DNA from: Rhodothermales bacterium
Lineage (GTDB): Bacteria > Bacteroidota > Rhodothermia > Rhodothermales > VXPQ01
DNA: 64,000 bases
NCBI GenBank assembly: GCA_951812345.1
Contig: OX638295.1
Coordinates: 1,582,965 to 1,646,964, forward strand
Reading direction: 5' to 3'
Shown: positions 19,487 to 29,741 of the stretch, in pieces
How positions within the stretch are numbered: position 1 is the first letter of the stretch
Layout of the letters: each line of letters begins with the position of its first letter
Program-made: the position numbers and the translations under genes
The notes under the pieces: model-generated
What the model was told of the DNA's origin: nothing
The model's database searches: none
Seen by the model: the letters and a program-made list of their open reading frames with translations, nothing else

Positions 19487-20323
19487 ATGTTTGATGCTCT
19501 TGCATATCGCCGTAGTGTGGAAACCGCTGCCGAAGCCATTCGCGCGCGGACCGGCCTGGCTCCCCGGATCGGGTTGATCCTGGGAACAGGTCTTGGCGAA
19601 CTTGCGGAAAAGATCGAAGCCGAGGCGATAATTCCTTACGAAGAAATTCCCGGGTTCCCCTTATCCACGGTCGAGTCTCATCCGGGCCGGCTCCTGGTAG
19701 GTACGCTGTCCGGTGTTCCGGTATATGCCTTGCAAGGCCGTTTCCACTTGTATGAAGGATACGATGCCCAAACCGTCGTATTTCCCGTTCGGGTATTCGG
19801 TGTTCTGGGTGTCGATACGCTGCTTATCTCCAATGCTGCCGGCGGCATGAACCCCGTGTACAGAAAGGGAGAATTGATGTTGTTATCGGATCATATCAAT
19901 TTCCAGAACGCCAATCCCCTGATCGGTCCGAATATCGATGATTGGGGGGAACGGTTTCCGGACATGAGCGCACCCTATGACGAGGCGTTGCAACAACTGG
20001 CGGAAGAAAAGGCTCTTGAGGCGGGCATCAAACTGCACCGGGGCGTATACGTGTCGGTTACGGGCCCGAACCTCGAAACGAGAGCGGAATACCGGATGCT
20101 TCGCGCATGGGGTGCGGATGTGGTGGGAATGAGTACCGTTCCCGAGGTGATTGCGGCTCGTCATATGGATATGCGCGTCCTGGCCATCTCAGTTGTAACC
20201 GACGAATGTTTCCCCGATGCGCTCGAGGCCGTTTCGCTTGCGGAAATTATCGCCGCTGCAGGAAAAGCGGAACCCCTCCTGACCCGGCTCGTGTCGGCAA
20301 TCGTATCGGCAATCGGTGCATGA
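19487..20323 (+). CDS. purine nucleoside phosphorylase (PNP/MTAP family)
   Basis: 278 aa: GRF.LYEGY, SNAAGG.NP, GPN.ET.AE.RM....GAD.VGMSTVPEV. Confidence 0.9.
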   Translation: MFDALAYRRSVETAAEAIRARTGLAPRIGLILGTGLGELAEKIEAEAIIPYEEIPGFPLSTVESHPGRLLVGTLSGVPVYALQGRFHLYEGYDAQTVVFPVRVFGVLGVDTLLISNAAGGMNPVYRKGELMLLSDHINFQNANPLIGPNIDDWGERFPDMSAPYDEALQQLAEEKALEAGIKLHRGVYVSVTGPNLETRAEYRMLRAWGADVVGMSTVPEVIAARHMDMRVLAISVVTDECFPDALEAVSLAEIIAAAGKAEPLLTRLVSAIVSAIGA

Positions 20324-20363
20324 GGGTGTATTCCGCCCGCCATGCCGTGTCGGCTTCCTATCC

Positions 20364-23300
20364 ATGCCCAGGTTTGAAGAAGTAAAGCGATTCGATCACG
20401 CTGCACTGGAGCGAGAGATGTTGGCCTGGTGGGAGCAGCGCCGCATTTTCGAAAAGAGCGCAGACGAGCGGGTAAACCGCAAGGCCTTCACGTTCTATGA
20501 GGGCCCGCCCACCGCGAATGGACGCCCCGGCATTCATCATGTGATGGCGCGGACCATCAAGGATGTGTTCTGCCGGTACAAAACGATGAAGGGCTTCTAT
20601 GTGGAGCGTAAGGCGGGCTGGGATACGCATGGCCTTCCTGTCGAGATCGAAGTGGAAAAGGCGCTTGGTCTGACGGGGCGCGAAGACATCGAGCGATACG
20701 GGGTCGGCAAATACAACGAAAAATGCCGCGAAAGCGTCCTGCGATACAAGGAGGTGTGGGACGACTTGACGAAAAAGATGGGATATTGGGTCGATCTGGA
20801 CAATCCCTACGTCACCTTCGAAAACAGATATATCGAAACGGAATGGTGGCTCCTCAAGAAAATCTATGAGAAGGGGCTACTGTACAAGGGACACAAAATT
20901 CAGTGGTACAGCCCCGGTTCAGGGACGGTACTTTCGTCCCACGAAGTCAGCCTCGGGTATGAGGAGGTGCAAGATCCCTCCGTCTATGTACGGTTCCCCG
21001 TGCGAGATGAAGAGAACACAGCCTTTCTGGCGTGGACGACTACGCCGTGGACGCTCATTTCCAATACAGCGCTTGCGGTCGGCGGCGGCATTGAATATGT
21101 GAAGGTGCGCCTGGATAATCCCTCCGGGGATGGAAAATATCTGATTCTTGCGGAAGAGCGTCTGGACGTGCTTGCCGACGACTATGAAATCATCCAACGA
21201 TTTCAGGGCAAGGATATGGTGGGCATGAACTACACCCCTGTCTTCCCGTATTTTCTCGACGAGGGCGCCAAACAAGGAGCCTGGCGGGTTGTGGAGGCCG
21301 GCTTCGTATCCACAGAAGACGGGACAGGGATCGTGCATATTGCCCCGGCTTTCGGCGCAGATGACCACGCTATAGGACAAAAGGAGGGGTTGCCCTTGTT
21401 CAATCCGGTAGATGCCGGGGGGCGCTTTACGGACAAAATCCCCCTTGTCAGCGGGCAATGGTTCAAGGAGGCGGATAAGCCGATCGTTAGGGACTTGCGG
21501 GATCGCGGTATGCTGTACAAGCAGGAAACGCACCTCCACAATTACCCGCATGACTGGCGAAAGGGGACGCCGCTCTTGAATTATCCGGTAGAAAGCTGGT
21601 TCGTTCGGACGACGGCGATTAAAGACCGGATGATTGCGCTCAACGATACGATCAACTGGCAGCCATCGGCCATGGGTACGGGCCGTTTTGGCGAGTGGCT
21701 GAAAAATAACGTGGACTGGGCGCTGAGTCGCCGCAGGTACTGGGGGACTCCACTTCCGATTTGGCAATCGGACAAGAAGGGATCCGACTATATAGAGGTG
21801 ATCGGGTCTATGGCGGAACTACGGCAGAAGTGTGGAGACCAGCTTCCGGAGAACGACAAGGATATCGATCTGCACCGGCCCTGCGTGGATACCCTGACCT
21901 GGCCTGCACCGGACGGCGGAACGATGCGCCGCGTGCCGGAAGTAATCGACGTATGGTTTGATTCAGGGTCGATGCCGTTTGCACAATGGTATTATCCATT
22001 CGAGAACAAGGAAAAGTTCGAGCGGCATTTCCCGGCTGATTTTATTGCAGAGGGCATTGACCAGACGAGGGGATGGTTCTATACCATGCATGTGCTTGCA
22101 GCCGCCGTTATGGATTCGGTCGCCTACGAAAACGTGGTTGTCAACGGACTTGTCCTCGATGAGAACGGGGAAAAGATGTCCAAATCCCGGGGCAATGCGG
22201 TGGATCCGTTCGCGACGATCGCACGTTACGGGGCCGATACCGTGCGCTGGTACATGATGAGCAACTCACCGCCGTGGGAAAACATCAAGTTTTCCGAACG
22301 CGGTCTTGGCGACACGCTTCGGAAGTTTTTCGGTACGCTTGAAAATGTCTATGCATTTTTCGCCACCTATGCCAACATAGATGGATTTGCGTATAAAGAA
22401 GGCCGTATTCCCGTGCATGAACGCCCCGAGCTGGATCGCTGGATTGTGAGCCTGCTGCACAGTACGGTTCGCAGGGTGGATGATGCATACCACACCTATG
22501 ACCCGACACGGGCCGCACGAGGGATAGAACAGTTCGTCGAAGAACTTTCCAACTGGTACATTCGCAGATCGCGACGGCGGTTCTGGAAAGAAACAGATAC
22601 CGGCGGTGACAAGGAGGCGGCCTACCAGACTGTATACGAATGCCTGATGGCCATTGCCGGCATGATGGCCCCGATCGCGCCATTTTTCAGCGACTGGCTG
22701 CATCGTGCTCTGGAAGCCGGTACAGGAAAGGAAGCATGTGAATCCGTACATCTGGCGTTTTTTCCAAAACCGGTCGGGGATGAAATTGACCAGGATCTTG
22801 AACGTCGCATGGCGCTGGCCCGAACCATTTCGTCTATTGCCCTTTCGATACGAAACCGGAGTGAAATCAATGTGCGGCAACCGCTTCCCCGGATTCTGGT
22901 CGTCACTGGGAGGCAGGTCTCCGAAAGCGACATAGAGCAGGTTCGCACTATTATTCTCGACGAGATTAATGTCCGGACCATCGAGTACATCCCCGACTCG
23001 AGTGGGATTGTGAAGCGTTCGGCCCGCCCTGACTTCAAACGGCTGGGCCCCCGCCTTGGGAAATGGATGAAGCCAGTCAACCAGGCGGTCCGGGCGCTGG
23101 ATGACGCGCAGATCAACAGCTATGTACACGGAGGCACGATCACCGTCGAGGTGGACGATCAGTGTATTGAGCTGGGTCCGGGAGACATTGAGGTAATGAG
23201 TGAAGAAGTTGCCGGATGGCTTGTGGGCCAGGAGAACGACATAACGGTAGCACTGGACACAACGCTTACCGAAGAACTGGTCGCCGAAGGCCAGGCGCGA

Positions 23301-23549
23301 GAGATCGTCAACCGGATGCAAAATTTGCGAAAAGGGAATGATTTTGAGGTAACGGACCGTATTCTGGTCGAGTACCGGACTACGGAGCAGTTGTCCGGGG
23401 TTATTCGCCAACACGGCGCCTGGATACGGAACGAGACTCTGGCGCTGGAGTTTAACGCAGCTAACAAACCGGAGGGGGATGTCGTTGACACCTTCCGTAT
23501 CGGAGAAGAGATACTCCATGTGGGTGTCCGCCGCATCGTGAATTCATAA
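20364..23549 (+). CDS. ileS: isoleucine--tRNA ligase (type 2)
   Basis: Start refined to ATG 20364. HIGH-type motif PPTANGRPGIHH, KMSKS motif at KMSKSRGN, and a CP1 editing domain present. Confidence 0.97.
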   Translation: MPRFEEVKRFDHAALEREMLAWWEQRRIFEKSADERVNRKAFTFYEGPPTANGRPGIHHVMARTIKDVFCRYKTMKGFYVERKAGWDTHGLPVEIEVEKALGLTGREDIERYGVGKYNEKCRESVLRYKEVWDDLTKKMGYWVDLDNPYVTFENRYIETEWWLLKKIYEKGLLYKGHKIQWYSPGSGTVLSSHEVSLGYEEVQDPSVYVRFPVRDEENTAFLAWTTTPWTLISNTALAVGGGIEYVKVRLDNPSGDGKYLILAEERLDVLADDYEIIQRFQGKDMVGMNYTPVFPYFLDEGAKQGAWRVVEAGFVSTEDGTGIVHIAPAFGADDHAIGQKEGLPLFNPVDAGGRFTDKIPLVSGQWFKEADKPIVRDLRDRGMLYKQETHLHNYPHDWRKGTPLLNYPVESWFVRTTAIKDRMIALNDTINWQPSAMGTGRFGEWLKNNVDWALSRRRYWGTPLPIWQSDKKGSDYIEVIGSMAELRQKCGDQLPENDKDIDLHRPCVDTLTWPAPDGGTMRRVPEVIDVWFDSGSMPFAQWYYPFENKEKFERHFPADFIAEGIDQTRGWFYTMHVLAAAVMDSVAYENVVVNGLVLDENGEKMSKSRGNAVDPFATIARYGADTVRWYMMSNSPPWENIKFSERGLGDTLRKFFGTLENVYAFFATYANIDGFAYKEGRIPVHERPELDRWIVSLLHSTVRRVDDAYHTYDPTRAARGIEQFVEELSNWYIRRSRRRFWKETDTGGDKEAAYQTVYECLMAIAGMMAPIAPFFSDWLHRALEAGTGKEACESVHLAFFPKPVGDEIDQDLERRMALARTISSIALSIRNRSEINVRQPLPRILVVTGRQVSESDIEQVRTIILDEINVRTIEYIPDSSGIVKRSARPDFKRLGPRLGKWMKPVNQAVRALDDAQINSYVHGGTITVEVDDQCIELGPGDIEVMSEEVAGWLVGQENDITVALDTTLTEELVAEGQAREIVNRMQNLRKGNDFEVTDRILVEYRTTEQLSGVIRQHGAWIRNETLALEFNAANKPEGDVVDTFRIGEEILHVGVRRIVNS

Positions 23550-23626
23550 CAAAATAAACACGGTCACGGCATATCCAGGGATGGGAAAAACCGTCCGGGA
23601 AATGCTCCCCGCAGTGTACTTTGGGC

Positions 23627-24085
23627 ATGGCTGTAAAAAAATCATCTCGTAAAAAACAGGCATCCGCGACCAGCAAGGAGGAGGCGGGTTCCACGCAGAC
23701 TGAAGCCCGAACGAACACGCGGTTTTCTGAGGAAGATTTCGAGCATTTCAAGCAAATCATCCTGGCGCGGCGCATGGAAGCGGTTGAGGATATCGACCGA
23801 ATGCGCATACAATTGGACGATGTGCGAGAGCAGGCCGATAACGATACCGCGTACAGCTTTCACATGGCCGATGCCGGAACCGACGCCATGGAACGCGAAA
23901 AGCTCTATCTGATGATGGCGCGCCAGAAGAAATACGTGGGGTACCTTGATCGCGCGCTGGAGCGCATCCGGAACAGAACCTACGGAATATGCAGGGTGAC
24001 CGGCAAAGCTATCTCGAGAGAGCGCCTGGAGGTCGTACCGCATACGGAGATGTCGATAGAGGCCAAGGCAAAGCAAAAGAGGTAG
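23627..24085 (+). CDS. DksA/TraR-family protein (Cys-poor variant)
   Basis: ATG 23627. Coiled-coil region followed by the C-terminal YGICRVTGKAISRERLEVVPHTEMSIEAK. It lies between ileS and lspA. Confidence 0.8.
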   Translation: MAVKKSSRKKQASATSKEEAGSTQTEARTNTRFSEEDFEHFKQIILARRMEAVEDIDRMRIQLDDVREQADNDTAYSFHMADAGTDAMEREKLYLMMARQKKYVGYLDRALERIRNRTYGICRVTGKAISRERLEVVPHTEMSIEAKAKQKR

Positions 24086-24119
24086 GGCTGATACCGGGTG
24101 GCGGTCCAGGCATACGATT

Positions 24120-24734
24120 ATGATACGCGTCCTCTGGATTTCCGGTCTTGTCATCCTGCTTGACCAGTCAACCAAACTGCTCGTGCTGCGCACGATGTAT
24201 CGCGGCCAGCAGATTCCTGTTCTTGGCGACTGGTTGAAGTTCACGTTCACAGAGAATCCTGGTATGGCGTTCGGTATTACACCGGGACCAACATCTCTCG
24301 TGACCGTGTTTTCCATGCTGGCAACGGCCCTGATTGTATTCTATCTCTACAGAGTCCGTCATGATTATTACCCGTATCGGGCAAGTCTGGCGCTTATTCT
24401 GGGGGGTGCTGTCGGCAACATTATTGATCGCGTTTTCTACGGGGATACCTTGCTGTTCGGCAAAGTAGTCGATTTCATTCACGTGAACATATGGAGTGGA
24501 TTCCTTCCCGAATCCATACCATTTATCGGCGGCATGTATATTTCGCTGTTCCCGATATGGAATGTGGCCGATATGGCCATCGTATGCGGAGTAGCGGGCA
24601 TTATTATCCTGCACAAGAAATGTACCCGGTACGCACACGAACGGGAGGAAAGCGAAGCAGTGGAAGACAAAGCAGAAGAGACGACCGAGCCTCCGGAAGG
24701 GGTTCTTGAGCCCGGCGTTTCCATCAAGGAATAG
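24120..24734 (+). CDS. lspA: lipoprotein signal peptidase (signal peptidase II)
   Basis: 204 aa with four TM segments. Motifs NPGMAFG, GGAVGNIIDR, VVDFI and FPIWNVAD. Confidence 0.9.
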   Translation: MIRVLWISGLVILLDQSTKLLVLRTMYRGQQIPVLGDWLKFTFTENPGMAFGITPGPTSLVTVFSMLATALIVFYLYRVRHDYYPYRASLALILGGAVGNIIDRVFYGDTLLFGKVVDFIHVNIWSGFLPESIPFIGGMYISLFPIWNVADMAIVCGVAGIIILHKKCTRYAHEREESEAVEDKAEETTEPPEGVLEPGVSIKE

Positions 24735-24790
24735 TGCAAACGGAACCTGCCGGGATGATTCCCGAAGGTTCATTCTGACAGGGTACGTAC

Positions 24791-26599
24791 ATGTCCGACG
24801 ACAGGCAGAGCCGGATACGTAATTTTTGTATCATTGCGCATATCGATCACGGCAAGAGCACGCTTGCAGATCGATTGCTTGAACAGACAGGCACCCTTAG
24901 CGAGCGTGAGTTGCATGCTCAGGTGCTCGATAGCATGGACCTGGAGCGGGAGCGGGGAATCACGATCAAAAGCCATGCAATCCGCATGGCCTATAAGACG
25001 GCAGATGATCAGGAATACGTCTTGAACCTTATCGATACGCCGGGGCATGTAGACTTCACCTACGAAGTTTCCCGGGCGCTGAAAGCCTGCGAAGGGGCTA
25101 TTCTGGTTGTGGATGCCGTACAGGGCATTGAAGCACAGACGCTTTCCAATGTACACCTTGCCCTGGGAAACGACCTGGAAGTCATCCCCGTCATCAATAA
25201 GGTAGACCTGCCGAATGCGCGCGCCGACGTAGTGGCCCGTTCCATTGAGGATCTGCTGGGCGACGCAGCAGAGGATATCATCCGGATCAGTGCAAAAACA
25301 GGGCGGGGGGTGGATCGTTTACTGGAAGAGATTGTGCAACGCATCCCGGCCCCGCAAGGAAACCCCGATGCTCCACTACAGGCGCTCATCTTCGATTCGA
25401 TATTCAATCCGTACCGTGGGTCCATTGTCTATACGCGGATTTTCGACGGTTCGTTGAAAAAGGGCGAACGCATGCGCTTTATGTCGAATGCCCAGGAATA
25501 CGATGCCGAGGAGATCGGCATACTCCGCCTTTCCATGCAGCCGGTGGATGAACTGTATGCCGGGGAGGTGGGATATGTGATTGGTTCGGTGAAAGAAGTA
25601 GGGCACACGCGCGTGGGAGATACCATTACGCTGAAATCCCGGCCGGCGGAAACCGCCATATCGGGCTTCCGGGAAGTGAAGCCCATGGTATTCAGCGGCG
25701 TATATCCGACGAACCCCGATGATTTTGCCGACCTGCGCTCCTCGCTTGAGAAACTGCAACTCAACGATGCTGCGCTAACCTACGAACCGGAAACATCGGT
25801 CGCGCTGGGATTTGGTTTTCGCATCGGATTTCTGGGCCTGCTCCATATGGAGATTATTCAGGAGCGCCTCGACCGCGAATTCGGGCTGGATATTATCGCA
25901 ACGGTGCCGAACGTCAAGTACGAAGTGCTTGCCCGCAACGGAGACATACATATTGTAGACAACCCCAGCAGTATGCCTCCCCGAGGCGATATCGAGCGTG
26001 TTCGAGAGCCGGTAGTCAGGGCTGAAATCATTACACCGACGGAATACATTGGTAATCTGATGCAATTGTGCCAGGAGCGGCGCGGCGTCTACATCAACCA
26101 GTCGTATCTCGGCGAAGAACGCGTAAACCTCCAGTACGAACTTCCCCTTGCAGAAATCGTTTTCGATTTCTACGACAAACTGAAAAGTTGTAGCCGCGGC
26201 TATGCATCATTCGATTACGAATTTCTGGAATACCGGGAAGGCGCCCTGGTCAAGTTGGATGTGTTGATCAATGGAGACCCTGTGGATGCGCTTTCGACCA
26301 TTGTTCATAAAGACAAGGCCTATGATATGGGTCGAAAGCTTACGCAGAAACTGAAGGAACTCATCCCGCGGCAAATGTTCGAGGTAGCTCTCCAGGCAGC
26401 CATTGGCAACAAGGTTATCGCCCGCGAAACGGTGAGACCCCTCCGGAAAGATGTTACGGCGAAGTGTTACGGTGGCGACATTTCACGGAAACGGAAGCTG
26501 CTCGAAAAGCAGAAGGAGGGGAAAAAGCGCATGAAGCAGGTGGGAAGAATCGAGGTGCCTCAGGAGGCTTTTCTGGCTGTTCTCTCGATGGAGAATTAA
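24791..26599 (+). CDS. lepA: translation elongation factor 4
   Basis: 602 aa: [33 protein letters not shown], and the C-terminal LepA domain ..[25 protein letters not shown]. Confidence 0.97.
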   Translation: MSDDRQSRIRNFCIIAHIDHGKSTLADRLLEQTGTLSERELHAQVLDSMDLERERGITIKSHAIRMAYKTADDQEYVLNLIDTPGHVDFTYEVSRALKACEGAILVVDAVQGIEAQTLSNVHLALGNDLEVIPVINKVDLPNARADVVARSIEDLLGDAAEDIIRISAKTGRGVDRLLEEIVQRIPAPQGNPDAPLQALIFDSIFNPYRGSIVYTRIFDGSLKKGERMRFMSNAQEYDAEEIGILRLSMQPVDELYAGEVGYVIGSVKEVGHTRVGDTITLKSRPAETAISGFREVKPMVFSGVYPTNPDDFADLRSSLEKLQLNDAALTYEPETSVALGFGFRIGFLGLLHMEIIQERLDREFGLDIIATVPNVKYEVLARNGDIHIVDNPSSMPPRGDIERVREPVVRAEIITPTEYIGNLMQLCQERRGVYINQSYLGEERVNLQYELPLAEIVFDFYDKLKSCSRGYASFDYEFLEYREGALVKLDVLINGDPVDALSTIVHKDKAYDMGRKLTQKLKELIPRQMFEVALQAAIGNKVIARETVRPLRKDVTAKCYGGDISRKRKLLEKQKEGKKRMKQVGRIEVPQEAFLAVLSMEN

Positions 26600-26609
26600 G
26601 GTATATCCG

Positions 26610-27422
26610 ATGAGGAGCATACGAGTCCTTGCATTGCTGGGAATGTGGTTACAACCAGGAAATGCGGTGTGGAGCGTGATGGATGCGGCAGGTCAATCGA
26701 GCGAGCCCACGCGAACGTTGCTCGAGATGTACCAGGATGCCCGCCTGCGCACAGAAGCGCAGAACATCCTTTTGCGCCGGGGCCTGCGCGCAGCGACGCT
26801 GCCCCCGGATCAGCTTCCCTGGGCAAGCGAATCCATACGGGAACAGATGGCCGCATTGCATGCGCTACGGTATCCGACGCCACCTCCTTTGGTGGGTAGC
26901 ATGCGCCTGATCCCCGCATCCGAAGCGAACGCATTTGAAGAAACATTCGGGGACACGAAGTGGGCGTATATCGGAAGCAACGAGCGTATATCTGTCGATA
27001 CGATGCTTACGAAGGAACTAAGGGCCATGCTGCAAGCACACTTCGGCGCACCCACCAGCACCGTTGTAGAGCAAATAGGGGCAGGAGAGACTGCTTCCGA
27101 ATATATCCAGTTCGAATACCGGTTCGTTCTGAACGACACGATTCCTCTGATTATCGTAGATGTCAACGGCCCCTTTGAAAGGGGGGTGGTTACCATGACG
27201 GATCGGAAATACCGGGACCTCCTGCCCAAATTAAAACGCGCTCTGTTGCATCCCATGCTGGATGAAGCCGTACACGCACCCTATGCGGATTATTACTATG
27301 TGAGCGCTTTGGAATCCTGGTTTTTAACCGGTTTTGACGGGGAACGCTTTTTCCTCGAAGGGATACCTCCTCCGGATATGGAACAAGGGCGACCATCTTT
27401 CGACATAGAGCCCGATCGCTAA
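26610..27422 (+). CDS. hypothetical secreted protein
   Basis: 270-aa ORF starting 10 nt after the lepA stop, with an N-terminal hydrophobic signal-like segment. I recognise no motif. Confidence 0.55.
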   Translation: MRSIRVLALLGMWLQPGNAVWSVMDAAGQSSEPTRTLLEMYQDARLRTEAQNILLRRGLRAATLPPDQLPWASESIREQMAALHALRYPTPPPLVGSMRLIPASEANAFEETFGDTKWAYIGSNERISVDTMLTKELRAMLQAHFGAPTSTVVEQIGAGETASEYIQFEYRFVLNDTIPLIIVDVNGPFERGVVTMTDRKYRDLLPKLKRALLHPMLDEAVHAPYADYYYVSALESWFLTGFDGERFFLEGIPPPDMEQGRPSFDIEPDR

Positions 27423-27513
27423 CGTACGAATCAATCGACCGGATACTATTTTGGCAGCATCTCCAACAGGCCGAAAAAAATACCGTACATCGAAAAAGGA
27501 CCGCCTCACCCGC

Positions 27514-28581
27514 ATGACCTCCTCGCCGACGGGTAAGAAGCGTTCTGCCGGCGGGCCCAAACGTAAAAGCGCTATCAGGGAATGGACGGATGCATTCGTA
27601 TTCATTCTTGTGGTTATGCTGATCGTGAGAACGCTCCTTTTCGATCTTTTCAGAATACCCACCCCCTCCATGGAGAAGAGCCTGCTTGTCGGGGATTATC
27701 TCTTCGTCTCGAAAATACACTACGGCACGCGAACGCCGATGACGCTCGGCATTCCCTTCACGCCTGTTTACATAAAGGATTTCCGGTTTCCTAATACCCG
27801 GTTTCCCGGCTTCACGAGTGTGAAACGGGGGGATGCGATCGTATTCAATTTCCCCCCTGACGATCATCCGATAGATCGTAAGACACACTATATCAAGCGT
27901 GTAGTGGGAATGCCGGGAGAGACCCTGAAAGTAATCGATAAGGTGGTCCACGTCGATGGCGCCGCACTACCCCTGCACAAGAATATGCAGCAGTATTGGG
28001 ATGTGCATAAAAACGACCCCCGCATGCACCTTTCCGGCGCTGCGCTCCGGGAGTTGGGAGTATCAGAGTTTCAGGCGATGTCGGACATGAGTGTAGTCCG
28101 GATACAGGCTACCAGCGAGGCGGCGGAAACCATAGCAGGATGGTCATGGATTGACCGTGTCGAGCCATCTATTGTACCGGAGCGCGCCGGATACTACGAT
28201 ATGGTAATGTATCCCCCGGGACAAGGGTATACGCCCGATAATTTTGGGCCGGTAACCATCCCCGCCGAGGGAGTTGCCGTTACGCTGACGGATGATAACT
28301 GGGCTATGTATGCACCTGCTATTTCCCGTTACGAAGGACTTGCCGTCCGGCAGACGAACGATGGCGCCTTCGAGGTGGATGGGAAGCGGGTTACTTCCTA
28401 TACCTTCCGGCAGAATTATTATTTCGTGATGGGGGATAACAGGGACAATTCGGAAGACAGCCGCTTCTGGGGCTTCGTGCCCATGGATCACATTGTAGGC
28501 AAGGCCGTGCTGATCTATTTTTCCTGGGACGGGGACGCCATGCTACCCCGTTTCGGAAGACTCTTCAGTTTTATCGATTAG
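27514..28581 (+). CDS. lepB: signal peptidase I
   Basis: ATG 27514 preferred (TTG 27451 is possible). Catalytic Ser box IPTPSMEKSL, Lys box YIKRVVGMPGE, and GDNRDNSEDSRFWGFVP. Confidence 0.9.
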   Translation: MTSSPTGKKRSAGGPKRKSAIREWTDAFVFILVVMLIVRTLLFDLFRIPTPSMEKSLLVGDYLFVSKIHYGTRTPMTLGIPFTPVYIKDFRFPNTRFPGFTSVKRGDAIVFNFPPDDHPIDRKTHYIKRVVGMPGETLKVIDKVVHVDGAALPLHKNMQQYWDVHKNDPRMHLSGAALRELGVSEFQAMSDMSVVRIQATSEAAETIAGWSWIDRVEPSIVPERAGYYDMVMYPPGQGYTPDNFGPVTIPAEGVAVTLTDDNWAMYAPAISRYEGLAVRQTNDGAFEVDGKRVTSYTFRQNYYFVMGDNRDNSEDSRFWGFVPMDHIVGKAVLIYFSWDGDAMLPRFGRLFSFID

Positions 28582-29550
28582 CGACGGCGCGGGCCCGGTT
28601 TTTTCGGCTCGCAGCCTGTCGAATCGTTTTTGCTGGTCTGTGCCCGGCGGCACATCGTACGGATGGGCTGGTAATTCGACTCGCCTTAGCACCGGCGTTT
28701 CTCCGGCGATGAACGGAACGGGAGCACCTTCAGGGTCTTGTCCGATGACAAGCACCGTGGTTCCCTGCTCAATGATGCGGCTGCCTTCAGATCCGGGATC
28801 GACCCGGCCGTTGTCCACTTGCCAGGGGTTGGCCCACTCGTAGATCCATTTCGCGTCGACTTCTACCAGCCGAACACATCCGTGACTGGTGGGCCCACCT
28901 GTCGGCATGGGATACTGGTGAACATGTATCCCCCGGGGATTGTGAAAATTAAACACCCAGTACATTTCCCAGCGTTCGCCAGGCGGACTCAGCGAGGATA
29001 TACGGTACTCGGTTTTCCAGTTGAAGTTGAAGCGACCTTGCGGGGTCGGACTTGACGGTGTTCCTGTATTGACAATACCCCACCGCACCAACTCCCCATA
29101 TTCATAGGCGGCCCAGGCTTGTATAGTCTTGTGAATGACGAATAGTTTGTCGAATTCCTTTGCTCCCGGATACTCCAAAGGAAACGGCGCATAGGCCCGG
29201 AAATCTGTCTCGAATTGTCGGGGAACGACCAGGGTATCACCGATCTGTACGGTGCCCATCAGCCGGCGATTCAAAAGTTCAACCAGTTTGGATCGGGCAT
29301 GTCCCTGCTTTGCGTTGCCCTCGCCCATAATCTTGTAAAAAGTGTTGCGGGCAAGAACCGTACTTCCCCTGCCGTCGCCCAGTACGAAATAGCCGTACTC
29401 CACTTCCGGAATTTCACCCACTGTCTCGACGCGGTACTTCTCCAGCACGTCTTCAATGTCCTGCTGGTTGATGTAGGACTGTGCTGAAACAGCATGGCTT
29501 CCCGCCATGAGCAGGAGCACCCCAAGGAGTCGTTTATGTACAGAGGCCAT
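28543..29550 (-). CDS. L,D-transpeptidase (YkuD domain) protein, secreted
   Basis: 335 aa with a signal peptide (..SHAVSAQS). The YkuD catalytic motif is HQYPMPTGGPTSHGCVRL. Confidence 0.85.
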   Translation of the reverse strand: MASVHKRLLGVLLLMAGSHAVSAQSYINQQDIEDVLEKYRVETVGEIPEVEYGYFVLGDGRGSTVLARNTFYKIMGEGNAKQGHARSKLVELLNRRLMGTVQIGDTLVVPRQFETDFRAYAPFPLEYPGAKEFDKLFVIHKTIQAWAAYEYGELVRWGIVNTGTPSSPTPQGRFNFNWKTEYRISSLSPPGERWEMYWVFNFHNPRGIHVHQYPMPTGGPTSHGCVRLVEVDAKWIYEWANPWQVDNGRVDPGSEGSRIIEQGTTVLVIGQDPEGAPVPFIAGETPVLRRVELPAHPYDVPPGTDQQKRFDRLRAEKTGPAPSLIDKTEESSETG

Positions 29551-29576
29551 TATATCCAGGCGAAATGTGCCAAATA

Positions 29577-29733
29577 GGAATGCTCTGATTAAGTCCGCAG
29601 CCTCCCGAAGGGCGCTTCACGTCCGCGATGCCCCGAATCCGCAGTGTTTCCCGCTGATTTCAACGATAGAATCATAACGTCGTTTACGTGCGAAAGTGAA
29701 GTGCTGAGCGAAGCGGTTTTGGTCAGAGTATCC
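29577..29733. mobile_element. MITE-like non-autonomous element, copy A (~157 bp)
   Basis: Bounded by GGAATGCTCTGATTAAG.. and ..GGTCAGAGTATCC. Its core is about 87% identical (17 mismatches in ~133 nt, hand alignment) to the reverse complement of copy B. Flanks are AATA / TATA. Confidence 0.7.
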
Positions 29734-29741
29734 TATATTAA

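Noticed and set aside
22266-23519. 417-aa ORF antisense to ileS. Similar long antisense or alternate-frame ORFs occur at 34064-35200, 40525-41402, 51859-53154, 56171-57019 and 10124-10906.
   Set aside because: Each lies wholly inside a confidently identified gene on the other strand or in another frame. Their translations are Arg/Pro/Gly-rich with no motifs, which is typical of high-GC shadow ORFs.
27440-27452. Isolated GGATACT/GGATAC 6-7-mers in spacers at about 27442, 46603 and 53253
   Set aside because: About 8 occurrences of any 7-mer are expected by chance in this window on two strands. There is no extended match to the terminal repeat and no adjacent TTAA.
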